DNA of 63,852 nt, counting the filler, from Octopus bimaculoides (Eukaryota), in the NCBI RefSeq assembly GCF_001194135.2. It is 5 parts of 5 records of this genome, joined end to end, with 100 filler letters (N's around TTAATTAATTAA, not from the genome) between each part and the next. Parts side by side here need not be neighbours in the genome. Positions count along the whole stretch, not along the records: positions 27,163 to 58,452 come from NC_069004.1; positions 58,553 to 60,289 come from NW_026427389.1; positions 60,390 to 62,751 come from NC_068985.1; positions 62,852 to 63,852 come from NW_026308619.1; 1 more part is not named here. One strand, written 5' to 3'. This document shows, piece by piece, positions 52,962 through 63,852 of this stretch. Position numbers and translations under genes: made by a program. The notes beneath the pieces are model-generated. The model had not been told where the DNA came from and made no database searches. It saw only the letters and a list, made by a program, of their open reading frames with translations. How positions within the stretch are numbered: the stretch's first letter is position 1; each line of letters begins with the position of its first letter.

Positions 52962-53110
52962 TAGAGATAGTTAACTAAATAGATAGATTGGTTGAGGCTC
53001 AGTGAGATTACTAGATAATGGGTAGATAGATAGACAGAAAAGCAGACTGATAGACAGAGGGTGGATTAGATAGAGAAATAAGTTAACAAACAGATAGATG
53101 GATAAATATA

Positions 53111-53213
53111 TAGTTTGTTATACGCGAGATTCGAGTCGAAAATTCTGGTACCGTGTTCAGAAATGGTGCATGGTACCAGAATTTTCGATCCGAAAATCAA
53201 ATATAACAAACTA
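53111..53213. repeat. Nested inverted repeat upstream of the piggyBac remnant
   Basis: tagtttgttata/tataacaaacta (12 bp) enclosing tcgaaaattctggtacc/ggtaccagaattttcga (17 bp). Confidence 0.85.
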
Positions 53214-53599
53214 CTCCAAATCGTAGTTAGAGTATCCCCATAAGGGAAGTCTGGCCCGATTAGTTTGCACCGGAGTCGAGTCGTATAAATTGTTATAATG
53301 ATGTCTAAATAATCTAAGACTAAATAAACATCTCAGTTTTATCAATCAAAATAACTCCTGGTACCAGAACATCCAGTCATTATTTGCATAGAACAGTGAG
53401 AAGTCGTAGTTTGATTTTTTGCAACCCTAAAGTGTCCGCTCGTGCATTCACAGCAAATAAGGCTTAGGGCCAGACTTTAGATCGTGTAGGTGTATTTTTG
53501 CCCACTCCGATGGTTACACACGGTCAGTTATAAGTCACTATGAGTAGAGCAATGGACTCCAGTAATTTGAAAATTAGTGTCGACCAAACAGAAAATATC

Positions 53600-55110
53600 A
53601 TTTACAAAGAAGTTTTGTAATTAGATTGATATTATCGAAAGAATTCATAACATTAATAAGGAAATTTGTGAACTTTGAATATATAAGAGTATAAACAAGA
53701 GTAAAATAATGTAAACAACTAAAATAAAAGTACATCTAAATAACATTCTTTTCTTAATACTTTTTAGGTAGTGGTTGAAGGAAGGTCTGGCTTTCGTTAG
53801 GAGTGATCCACATAACCATTCCTGATACAGAGACTGGAAGCCTATTTCAGTTCGGGAGTGAATCGTCATCACATGTCACTTAGTCGCAAACACATGTCAT
53901 ATAGCTGCAACGGAATGCTGTATTACCAACGATAATGTGATTTCTCTAAGACCATTTACACATTTCTCAATACATACTGCTGTTATTACTTCCCTCCTTC
54001 ATTTTATGCCTCCATCGTAGATGGGTCGATTCGCTAGTATGGAATAAAAAGTAATCCTTATGTGACGACAAAACTAATTACGTATGCAATATGGAAAACA
54101 GCCTGATGGTCCGTTCCAGCTCTCCAAAAAACCACATGACGTTTCGCTGCGCCAATCTTTGGCACATGCTGCAAACTGACAACCAACAATTGGTATACTA
54201 GTGTACCATTGGCTGAAAATCTCTTGAAAAATGAAGTAACTCTTGTTGAAACGATGAAGAAGAACAAACTGGACATTCCACCAGAAATGATGTCGAAGAA
54301 AGATCGAGGGGTTTACAGTTCCAAGCTCGTATTCCGAAACGATATGATGATGGTTTCGTATGTGCCTAAACCAAAAACAAGCAGTTATTTTGCTGTCTAC
54401 GATGCATTGATGTAAGCATTGACAAATCCACCGGACACAAGCAGAAGCCTTCAGTAGTGACATTCTACAATGACGTTAAAGATGGTGTAGACACCGCTGA
54501 CAAAAATGTGCTGCTACATATTGCTACAAACGCACGAACCGATGGCCGATGCCATTGTTCTATTCCCTAATAGACAAAGTTTGCTTGAATTCCTTTGTGA
54601 TATTCATTTGGAATAACAAGAAGGATAATCAACGATCTCGAAGAGAATTTTTGAGATCACTTAGAAAAGAACTTCTGAAGGAACAACTTGAAATACTGGA
54701 ATATAGAAGGAGTTGCAAAAGACTATTGAGACCTGTGCCTCCAGATTGGGAGATGATGTTCCATTAGTTCTTGTACATCCTGACGAAGGTGTCCCAATAG
54801 ACGGACGAAGAGTTCGATGCACATTCTGTGCTGGAAAAGATCGAAAGACAAATACCTATTGCTCAAAATGTGCCAAATCAATGTGCAAGGAACACCAGGG
54901 ACCTCCAACCTGCAAAGATTATGTTGAATAAAAGATAATAAAGTGTGTTTCATTTCATTGCGACGAATAATTACTTATTTTTCCTTTCCATGTTCGAAAC
55001 AAGCATTTTTGACAATGAAAAGAACAATGAATGTCATTTGATGCATATTAAAAAAGGCCACGGGTCAAAATGAGCCGTGTCGACCCTTGATTTATGACAA
55101 AGATTTCGAC
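53600..55110 (+). mobile_element. Decayed piggyBac transposon
   Basis: YGIK; TTNNWYTSVPLAENLLKNEVTLVETMKKNK (second catalytic D reads N); FYNDVKDGVDTADK; RWPMPLFY; C-terminal Cys-rich RCTFCAGKDRKTNTYCSKCAKSMCKEH. Hairpin cacgggtcaaaatgagccgtg near the 3' end. No clean TTAA-TIR seen. Confidence 0.9.
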
Positions 55111-55894
55111 CTGTTAAAGGTCTGAAACGATGAGAGAAGCCGTGAAGGTTTAAAAAAAGAAAACTTCATGGAAATGGTAATCAGCATCACAAACCACACT
55201 TCCTTTATTTTTGAACAGAATATGAAATTTAATTCTAATACAATATTGAAGTATATTAAAATTTTTTCCCTAACCTCGTCCATCCATAAATCCGAAAATT
55301 TCGGCTATTTTTTTAACAATTAAAAAAAAAAAAAATCATAGTTTAAAATACAGACAGTCCGAATCTGCAATATGTTTCTGTTTATAATTTCAAAATAATT
55401 TTCAGGCGACAAGTCTGTGATTTAACAGTTATTTAGCTGTTGTTTCTAGCACATCTCACGACCACCTACTATATTACTCGCTTCTTCGTCAATCTGATAT
55501 GTATTGATGTCTTTCAATAGTTTTCTCTCCATAAAAGCATTTTCTGGAATGACGGTGCAGTGGTCTATTGCTGGTGTGTAAGCAACGACAAAAGAAATTG
55601 TAATTTAGATTCTTAATCCCCCACCCCACATCAAGCGAGTTCATATGCGCGCGTGTGCGTGTGCATGTGTCAGTGTGAGTAAAGAAAAAACATTTCCTAA
55701 TAGAAAAGTATGTTATTAAAATAAATCATCTTTTACATACTTTTTTGAAATCATTCTGTCGCTCTAATGAAATTCCTTTCACTCACTCACATGCACACAC
55801 TGACATCCGCACACCTACACACAGACAGAGTGAAGGGAAATGTAGTAAAAATGTATAGAGAGACGGCAAGTTTACCATGAAAAAAGCGAAAAGT

Positions 55895-55931
<37 letters not shown>

Positions 55932-58900
55932 GGTGGGGGAGAAAGATCATTTCTGTTGTCTCAGATTTTGAAGTTTTAAAATTAAGTTAAAATTTTATAT
56001 TTGGTATATAGATGTACTTTTTCATGCTGAATCCCAGTTTGTAATTCATTTATTTCAGAAAAAAAATTTAGAATAATGTTACAGAGACTTAAAGTTTGAT
56101 AATTTTATCTAATCAGAAGACAGGATTTGTGCGTAATAGTTGTCNNNNNNNNNNNNNNNNNNNNNNNNNNNNNNNNNNNNNNNNNNNNNNNNNNNNNNNN
56201 NNNNNNNNNNNNNNNNNNNNNNNNNNNNNNNNNNNNNNNNNNNNNNNNNNNNNNNNNNNNNNNNNNNNNNNNNNNNNNNNNNNNNNNNNNNNNNNNNNNN
56301 NNNNNNNNNNNNNNNNNNNNNNNNNNNNNNNNNNNNNNNNNNNNNNNNNNNNNNNNNNNNNNNNNNNNNNNNNNNNNNNNNNNNNNNNNNNNNNNNNNNN
56401 NNNNNNNNNNNNNNNNNNNNNNNNNNNNNNNNNNNNNNNNNNNNNNNNNNNNNNNNNNNNNNNNNNNNNNNNNNNNNNNNNNNNNNNNNNNNNNNNNNNN
56501 NNNNNNNNNNNNNNNNNNNNNNNNNNNNNNNNNNNNNNNNNNNNNNNNNNNNNNNNNNNNNNNNNNNNNNNNNNNNNNNNNNNNNNNNNNNNNNNNNNNN
56601 NNNNNNNNNNNNNNNNNNNNNNNNNTATATATATATATATTTATATGTATATGTATATGAATATGTGCATGTGTATATGTATGTATACACACACACACGG
56701 AAAATGTAAGAAACAGTGAGAGATAGAAAGGGAAAGAGAGACAGTGAGTTAAAGAGATGGTTGTAGATAAATAAAGATAGCGATAGTGATAGGAAGGACA
56801 CACAGACAGTACTTTGTATCGCTTGCAATTGTAGGGAAATGCTGAAAAGATCAGGGTAATGCTATCCCAGATCCTCCCTCATTGTATACCGGGTAGAAGA
56901 GAACATCGTTAAATAGGTCCTTAACGTAACCGAATGCCACTCCAAAGTTCACCCCTAGCATTCATTACTCGCTCGTTGTACAAGAGACATCATTCTTTCT
57001 TTATCATACAAGGTTGCAATTGTTTCGTTAGCAATATCACAAGTCGTTCATGAAATCGTTCAATTTTCTTTCGTAAAATTCACTCAATTTAAGGAGAGAG
57101 ATAACGCCTCGTTTAGAGATAAAAACAAAACAAAAGAAAGAAACACAAAGAAACACAATTCAACTGATTTAGTTTGCTGAAGTAAATACAAGAAGACAAA
57201 TAAGAGATATTCATAACAAAAGTGCGAAAAACTAATGAAATCGTATTCAGAAGAAGGTATCTTTTGCGAATACGAAACGAAGTTCAAATTAAGTTTTGGT
57301 ATTCCTGTGTCTGTAATGTTTGTGTGTGCGAACTACTGACTATCTTCCCATTATCTCGCGCAGTTTTATCTATCGTTTTCAAGCCTTCTTCGATTACACA
57401 AACGTAGACATACATAAGCAAACTCACACATACACACACATTTCATACTCACATATATAATTCTTAAGTGTATGTACATTTGAATGTTCATATATATATA
57501 TATATATATATATANNNNNNNNNNNNNNNNNNNNNNNNNNNNNNNNNNNNNNNNNNNNNNNNNNNNNNNNNNNNNNNNNNNNNNNNNNNNNNNNNNNNNN
57601 NNNNNNNNNNNNNNNNNNNNNNNNNNNNNNNNNNNNNNNNNNNNNNNNNNNNNNNNNNNNNNNNNNNNNNNNNNNNNNNNNNNNNNNNNNNNNNNNNNNN
57701 NNNNNNNNNNNNNNNNNNNNNNNNNNNNNNNNNNNNNNNNNNNNNNNNNNNNNNNNNNNNNNNNNNNNNNNNNNNNNNNNNNNNNNNNNNNNNNNNNNNN
57801 NNNNNNNNNNNNNNNNNNNNNNNNNNNNNNNNNNNNNNNNNNNNNNNNNNNNNNNNNNNNNNNNNNNNNNNNNNNNNNNNNNNNNNNNNNNNNNNNNNNN
57901 NNNNNNNNNNNNNNNNNNNNNNNNNNNNNNNNNNNNNNNNNNNNNNNNNNNNNNNNNNNNNNNNNNNNNNNNNNNNNNNNNNNNNNNNNNNNNNNNNNNN
58001 NNNNNNNNNNNNNNNNNNNNNNNNNNNNNNNNNNNNNNNNNNNNNNNNNNNNNNNNNNNNNNNNNNNNNNNNNNNNNNNNNNNNNNNNNNNNNNNNNNNN
58101 NNNNNNNNNNNNNNNNNNNNNNNNNNNNNNNNNNNNNNNNNNNNNNNNNNNNNNNNNNNNNNNNNNNNNNNNNNNNNNNNNTATATATATATACTTACCT
58201 GTATGCAAGTGCGTGTGCTTATCTGCGAACGGTTTCGATTGTCTGTGCTTGTCAAAGTATCTGTTTTCAACTTTTGATGGATGAAATCAATTAAAGATAA
58301 CTTTCACTCCCTCTCATTAATTACATCCACATACATTCACACACATACACATACACATGCACACACACATATATATGTATGCATATATATGTATGCATAT
58401 ATACACACGCACACAAATATGTATATATGTACATGTATATCTATGTATATACNNNNNNNNNNNNNNNNNNNNNNNNNNNNNNNNNNNNNNNNNNNNTTAA
58501 TTAATTAANNNNNNNNNNNNNNNNNNNNNNNNNNNNNNNNNNNNNNNNNNNNTATATATATATACATACATATATGCCTATATATGTATACATATATATA
58601 TACATATATTTATATATATATATGTATGTATGTGTATATATATAGCTATGTATATGTGTATATATGTATGTGTGTGTGTATTTCCTACACTTTTTTTATA
58701 CAATCAGTACTAAATACAATTATTACAGTCATATTTTATGCATTTATTTACACTTCGTATCATTCTATTTTTATTCATCCCGTGTATTTCTAAACTTAAA
58801 TGCCTCTCAATTATCTTACTCCCTTATGCTGATTTCTTTTCCCCTCCTCTTCTCTATCATTTCTTTTCAATCTTCCCTTTTTCATTTTGTTCCATTCTTC

Positions 58901-59354
58901 CCGTTCCTTCATTTGTATTTACCGTTTTTGTTTTATTCTCATTGCTTTAACTTATACTAGTACCAAGTCACAGCCTATCACACATTTCTCTACTTTCCTA
59001 TCTAGCCAAACTTGCATCCCTCTTTTAAATTTCGTTCAACTATTAACCTTTACTGCTCCCTTGTATCTAATCGTGCTCAATGTCACTAGTGCTTTTCCTT
59101 CTTCACTTAAAAGATTCATATCTATTTATGCTTTAATAGTCATCTTCATATCTTTGTATTCAATATCTTATAGTTGTATTTCATATTTATATTATACGTA
59201 CATATTTATGTGTGCCTCTGTGTGTGTATACATATATAATATTAGGGAATATCTTCCAAATTAACAGGGAAAAATTCAATTTAATTTATCAAAATTGAAT
59301 TAAACTTCACAATATATAATATGTAAAATATATAATTTAGAAAACTTTAATAAG

Positions 59355-59740
59355 TAAACACATTAAAAAGACCTATAATAAAAATCAAAAAGTACAAAGT
59401 AATAAATATTAAAATAGTAAAATGACTACACGTGTTTCACAACCATATGTTCAATAATTATCAAATGAATTTATATAAAAATACTTATTTTACCAATAAA
59501 TAAAATAAAAATATTTAACAATATTACTGAAAATAAATACAATACTTATCTTATTCATAGCTACATTTATGAATAGAATTGATTTTCGATTGATTTATTT
59601 TGAATCGATTTGACATTTTATTTTTTATTTTCTATTTGAAAATATGGTTATGAAACACATGTAGTCATTTTTAATATTTACTTTGGACTCTTCTGATTTT
59701 TATTATAGGTCTTTTTACTGTATTTAATTATTAAATGTTT
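59355..59740. repeat. AT-rich long inverted repeat (~100-bp arms)
   Basis: gacctataataaaaatc..aaaatgactacacgtgtttcacaaccatat mirrored by atatggttatgaaacacatgtagtcatttt..ttttattataggtc. Confidence 0.8.
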
Positions 59741-60389
59741 CTATATTTTATTGTGGATCGTCATGGATGAATTAAACAATTGCTTTTTTTCTCAAAATTA
59801 TATATTTTATATTAAAATAATATCGGTGGCGTCGAAAGGAGAGGCTGCTATGCATGGGTGACTGCTGGGATTCCATAAACAACCTTGTCCGGACTTGTGC
59901 CTCGGAGGGTAACGTTTTTAGGTGCGATCTCGTAGTCATCTCCAAAAGTGGGGCTTTACCCTTTACCTGTGAATTAGACCTTGTAGGTATATATTTCGCA
60001 ATTTATTTTCTGCTAGCCCAGAAATAGTACTGCAGGTCGTAACAACCGAAGAACATCCATTCAATAGATGTATGTCTTCTTACCATATCTTATCATCTGA
60101 AGAAGTATTCTAGAATTAGAGACTCCGGATGTCAGTAAATATGGGATCAATTGGGAAAAAATTTCACCAGACTTGTGTGTGTACATTTTTGCATCAATCT
60201 ATAGGTATGAATGTGTGTATGTATTATGCATTTATGAATGTACTTATGTAAGTATATATGTAGTAGTAGTAGTAGTAGTAGTAGTAGTANNNNNNNNNNN
60301 NNNNNNNNNNNNNNNNNNNNNNNNNNNNNNNNNTTAATTAATTAANNNNNNNNNNNNNNNNNNNNNNNNNNNNNNNNNNNNNNNNNNNN

Positions 60390-60454
<65 letters not shown>

Positions 60455-60816
60455 AAAGTATATATGTGTGTATAAATATACATTGATAAATAGTTATAGA
60501 TGTACAATATACATATGTATGTTTACATATATGTGGGAATATGTGTATACACACACACACATATGTGTTTATTGCTCAGAATACATTCCAACGGCCAGAC
60601 AGTAATCGGAAACTGCTGCTTCTGCAAAAAAGTTGAAGAAGTATTTATTGTCAACCAACACAATTGGCGTTTGGCCACATTTCTTGATGCATCTAATCTC
60701 GTGTATTGCTTCTTCTTCGCCTTTTTCGATACCATCATGGCCTGGCTCTAACTTCCATACTTAACTCACACAGCTATGCATACGAGGGTGTAACCACGCT
60801 GAGCTTGACAGAGAGA

Positions 60817-61235
60817 GAGAGCGAAGTCTTAATTGAGAAAGAAAGTAAACTATGCTGGATCATAGATATAGCATGCCCAGCTGACAACAAGGTTTGCGAT
60901 AAGGAAGAAAGAAAAGTCGAGAGATATGAAATGTTAGCTTGGGAGGTAAAGCAGTTGTGGTCGATGAAAAAGGTAGCAGTAGTACCAATAATTGTCGGAG
61001 CCCTGGGAACAGTGAGCAAAAATCTTGAGAAGTACGTGAAACAAATAGGGCTGCTGCAATAAGGGTGGAGCACCTGCAGAAAACAGCATTGCTTGGAAAC
61101 ACTCGAATACCCCGGAAGGTGCTCGAAAAATAAGAGGTGTTACCTTAATTCACTGGTAGTGAACAGCTGACACTGTAGTACATCTCCAGCGTTAGAAGCT
61201 GTACCAAGGCAATAATAATAATAATAATAATAATA
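60817..61235 (+). mobile_element. 5'-truncated RLE LINE, same family as 47480-48480, with (AAT)n tail
   Basis: LIEKESKLCWIIDIACPADNKVCDKEERKVERYEMLAWE. 3' UTR nearly identical to 48375-48460. Confidence 0.92.
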
Positions 61236-61247
61236 ATNNNNNNNNNN

Positions 61248-61370
<123 letters not shown>

Positions 61371-61454
61371 GCCACTTAAATGGCATTTAAATATTTTGGA
61401 ATTACATTAAACCTGTAGAGAATGACTCTCCCCAGTCACAACAGATTTTTATTA

Positions 61455-61678
61455 TTATTATTATTGTTCAGTAGTTTTATTTTTTATAACGTGCTTTCAC
61501 TTCACTACCGAGCGCAGCTCTGTGCGCCTTGGGTATGTGCTGCGGTTTGCTGTGGTGCTCTTATGTTTACTGTATTGAAAGTGTTTTGCGTAGAATGTGT
61601 GCAGTACCCAGTAGTGCAATTTTCTGTATGTTATATATATTTGTAAGTCCTGGTGTTTTTGTTACGTATTTGTCTGAA

Positions 61679-61680
<2 letters not shown>
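61455..61680 (-). mobile_element. 3' end of the RLE LINE family seen at 2810-4015
   Basis: acgtgctttcacttcactaccgagcgcagctctgtgcgccttggg matches 2870-2915. (TTA)n tail at 61448-61463. Confidence 0.8.
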
Positions 61681-61732
<52 letters not shown>

Positions 61733-61779
61733 CATTATTATCATTATTATCACCATCATCATCGCCATAATTATTTTAC

Positions 61780-61945
61780 ATACGCTGAACAGATTAGACT
61801 GTTGGAAAAGACAAATTCCCAACATCGGGCTACAGCAAGTAGCCTTAGATACCGAAACCCTCCTAAGTATCCTAGCTGTCCCTGATAACACTGTCTTCTG
61901 GAGTTGTACTAAACTGGATTTTATGCCTATTTCCTCTATCCATCT
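61780..61945 (-). mobile_element. Short RLE LINE C-terminal fragment
   Basis: WIEEIGIKSSLVQLQKTVLSGTARILRRV. Confidence 0.65.
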
Positions 61946-62084
61946 GTATGCTTTTTTTTTTTACCATTCCATTACATGTAAACCCCCACACTTTATGTTT
62001 ATCTTTGTATTGACCCCCCCCCCATCCTTCACCCTGGTGGCAACTAAAGGAAATTACTATTTTTATTATTATTATTATTAATTT

Positions 62085-62385
62085 TTGGAAGAATGGCCAG
62101 TGTTAATGGACCAATTCTGAGCGTGCTTCTATAAAAAAAAAAAGGGCTCTTGTCCTGTTGTTCAGGCACCCGTGGCTTTTGTGGGGTTTTCCACGAGGAC
62201 CTTAGAGCGCCTCCCCTATTGGGAGTTTTAACTTGTTCAATCTTAAACTGTTATTTATATTGTGTGCACACAGAAAACCCATTGTATCATTCTGTTTATG
62301 TCTTTTATGTTGTATGTCATTTAATGTTTTTGTATCTGAGCCCTTGTGGCTAATAAAAGAATAAATTATCATTATTAATACTAAT
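62085..62385 (+). mobile_element. Probable LINE (L1/Tx1-like) 3' end with polyA signal
   Basis: Short terminal peptide RMASVNGPILSVLL*, 3'-UTR-like sequence, AATAAA at about 62352 and ATT-rich tail. Clade assignment is tentative. Confidence 0.4.
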
Positions 62386-62683
62386 GATTATGACTATTAT
62401 TGTAATTATATTTTAAAAGGACTAACGTAACTCTTCTTCACAAAAGTAAACAGCCAAGACGAAGAACGAGAATCGATTGTAATAGATATTTTCTTTATTG
62501 AACGATATTTCGACAGTAAGTTTGTCTTTGTCGAGTCCAAAATAAAAAGTGATAAAAATTCAAAATTATAGAAAACTAAACATAAAGTATGAACAAGAGC
62601 AACCAGCATCCATACGTTCAACCAATAAAATATCTATTACAATCGAATCGCGCTCTTCGTCTTGACTAGTATTATTACTTTTA

Positions 62684-62751
<68 letters not shown>

Positions 62752-63229
62752 NNNNNNNNNNNNNNNNNNNNNNNNNNNNNNNNNNNNNNNNNNNNTTAAT
62801 TAATTAANNNNNNNNNNNNNNNNNNNNNNNNNNNNNNNNNNNNNNNNNNNNTGTAAATATATATATATATAGATATAGATATATACGTATACATACATAA
62901 ATTTATATAAATATGCAAATATATATATAGATATATAAAAAATTATATGTATATGTAAATATATAAATGTAAATATATATATGTATCTATAAATTTATAT
63001 CTATATGTGAATATGTAAATATATATATACATACATATACATATATATATATATAAATACATACATATATATATATAAATACATAAATATATCTATATAT
63101 AAATATATAAATAGAAAGATATGTATATACATAAATATATATATATATATATATAAATATATATATATAATTATATGCATAAACATATATAAATACACAC
63201 ACACACACACACACACAGACACACACACC

Positions 63230-63281
<52 letters not shown>

Positions 63282-63294
63282 GATCATGAAATTA

Positions 63295-63830
63295 TCATCC
63301 TTCTCTTCTCCACATTCATTAGGCTCCACCTCAAATGCTGCTGCTCATTGTGCCTCCCTCCGAAAAATAAGACATAATGAAGATCGAAGCACCACAAATA
63401 TCAATCACAAGTATATAAATTAATATATGGCATGATGATAGTTGAGTATTGGACTCGATTTAAACAGCTGAAGCTCTAATCTCTGCAATGCCGCTCTGAG
63501 CGATACATTATTTGCAACATGTGGAAAATATTAATCCAATATTATCCAAACAATATTGGTATTATGTTTACATTTCACCGAAGACTAAGTCCCCATGAAA
63601 TGCGTCCTCAACAAAGATCGAGACCGCATCACATAAGAACATTGCGACACAATTTCTTCACTGCAAATTGTCCTGCACTTTTCAATGTTATCCCGTAAAA
63701 ATTAAAGTAGATTGAAACCCCATGACTTTCCAACATTACATGGACAAATTCCTCCAGGAAATACCGGATAAACTACCTACACCTCGATACGTCTCAACCA
63801 ACAACAGCTCTTTGCTTGAGTAGTTTTATT
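63295..63830 (+). mobile_element. Decayed CR1/L2-type LINE 3' end
   Basis: LLFSTFIRLHLKCCC, EYWTRFKQLKL*SLQCRSERYII, IRTLRHNFF..PALFNVIP, MDKFLQEIPD..TPRYVSTNNSSL (post-RT C-terminus). Confidence 0.8.
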
Positions 63831-63852
63831 TAAATTATAAGTGTACATATAT

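Overview
AT-rich, repeat-saturated animal genomic DNA with about 9% N gaps. The SINE families and microsatellite load resemble octopus (coleoid cephalopod) sequence; this is an inference. No intact protein-coding gene can be supported, and most ORF-track entries are microsatellite or gap artefacts. The window is intergenic or intronic. It holds at least nine decayed R4/Dong-type (restriction-like endonuclease) LINE fragments, a CR1-type LINE 3' end and a probable L1/Tx1 3' end. DNA transposon remnants are a Tc1-like transposase with DD36E spacing, a DD34D mariner, a 220-bp mariner deletion derivative and a piggyBac. Three tRNA-headed SINE families are present in many copies. The most interesting signals not explained by the ORF track are two unrelated minimal type-I hammerhead-ribozyme-like motifs in inverted-repeat, Penelope-LTR-like structures (17.9-18.2 kb and 44.3-44.5 kb). 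One has a G3:C8 swap of the conserved C3:G8 pair. An unidentified decayed coding-like segment of about 1.9 kb lies at 6.4-8.3 kb. Most boundaries were read by eye and are approximate.
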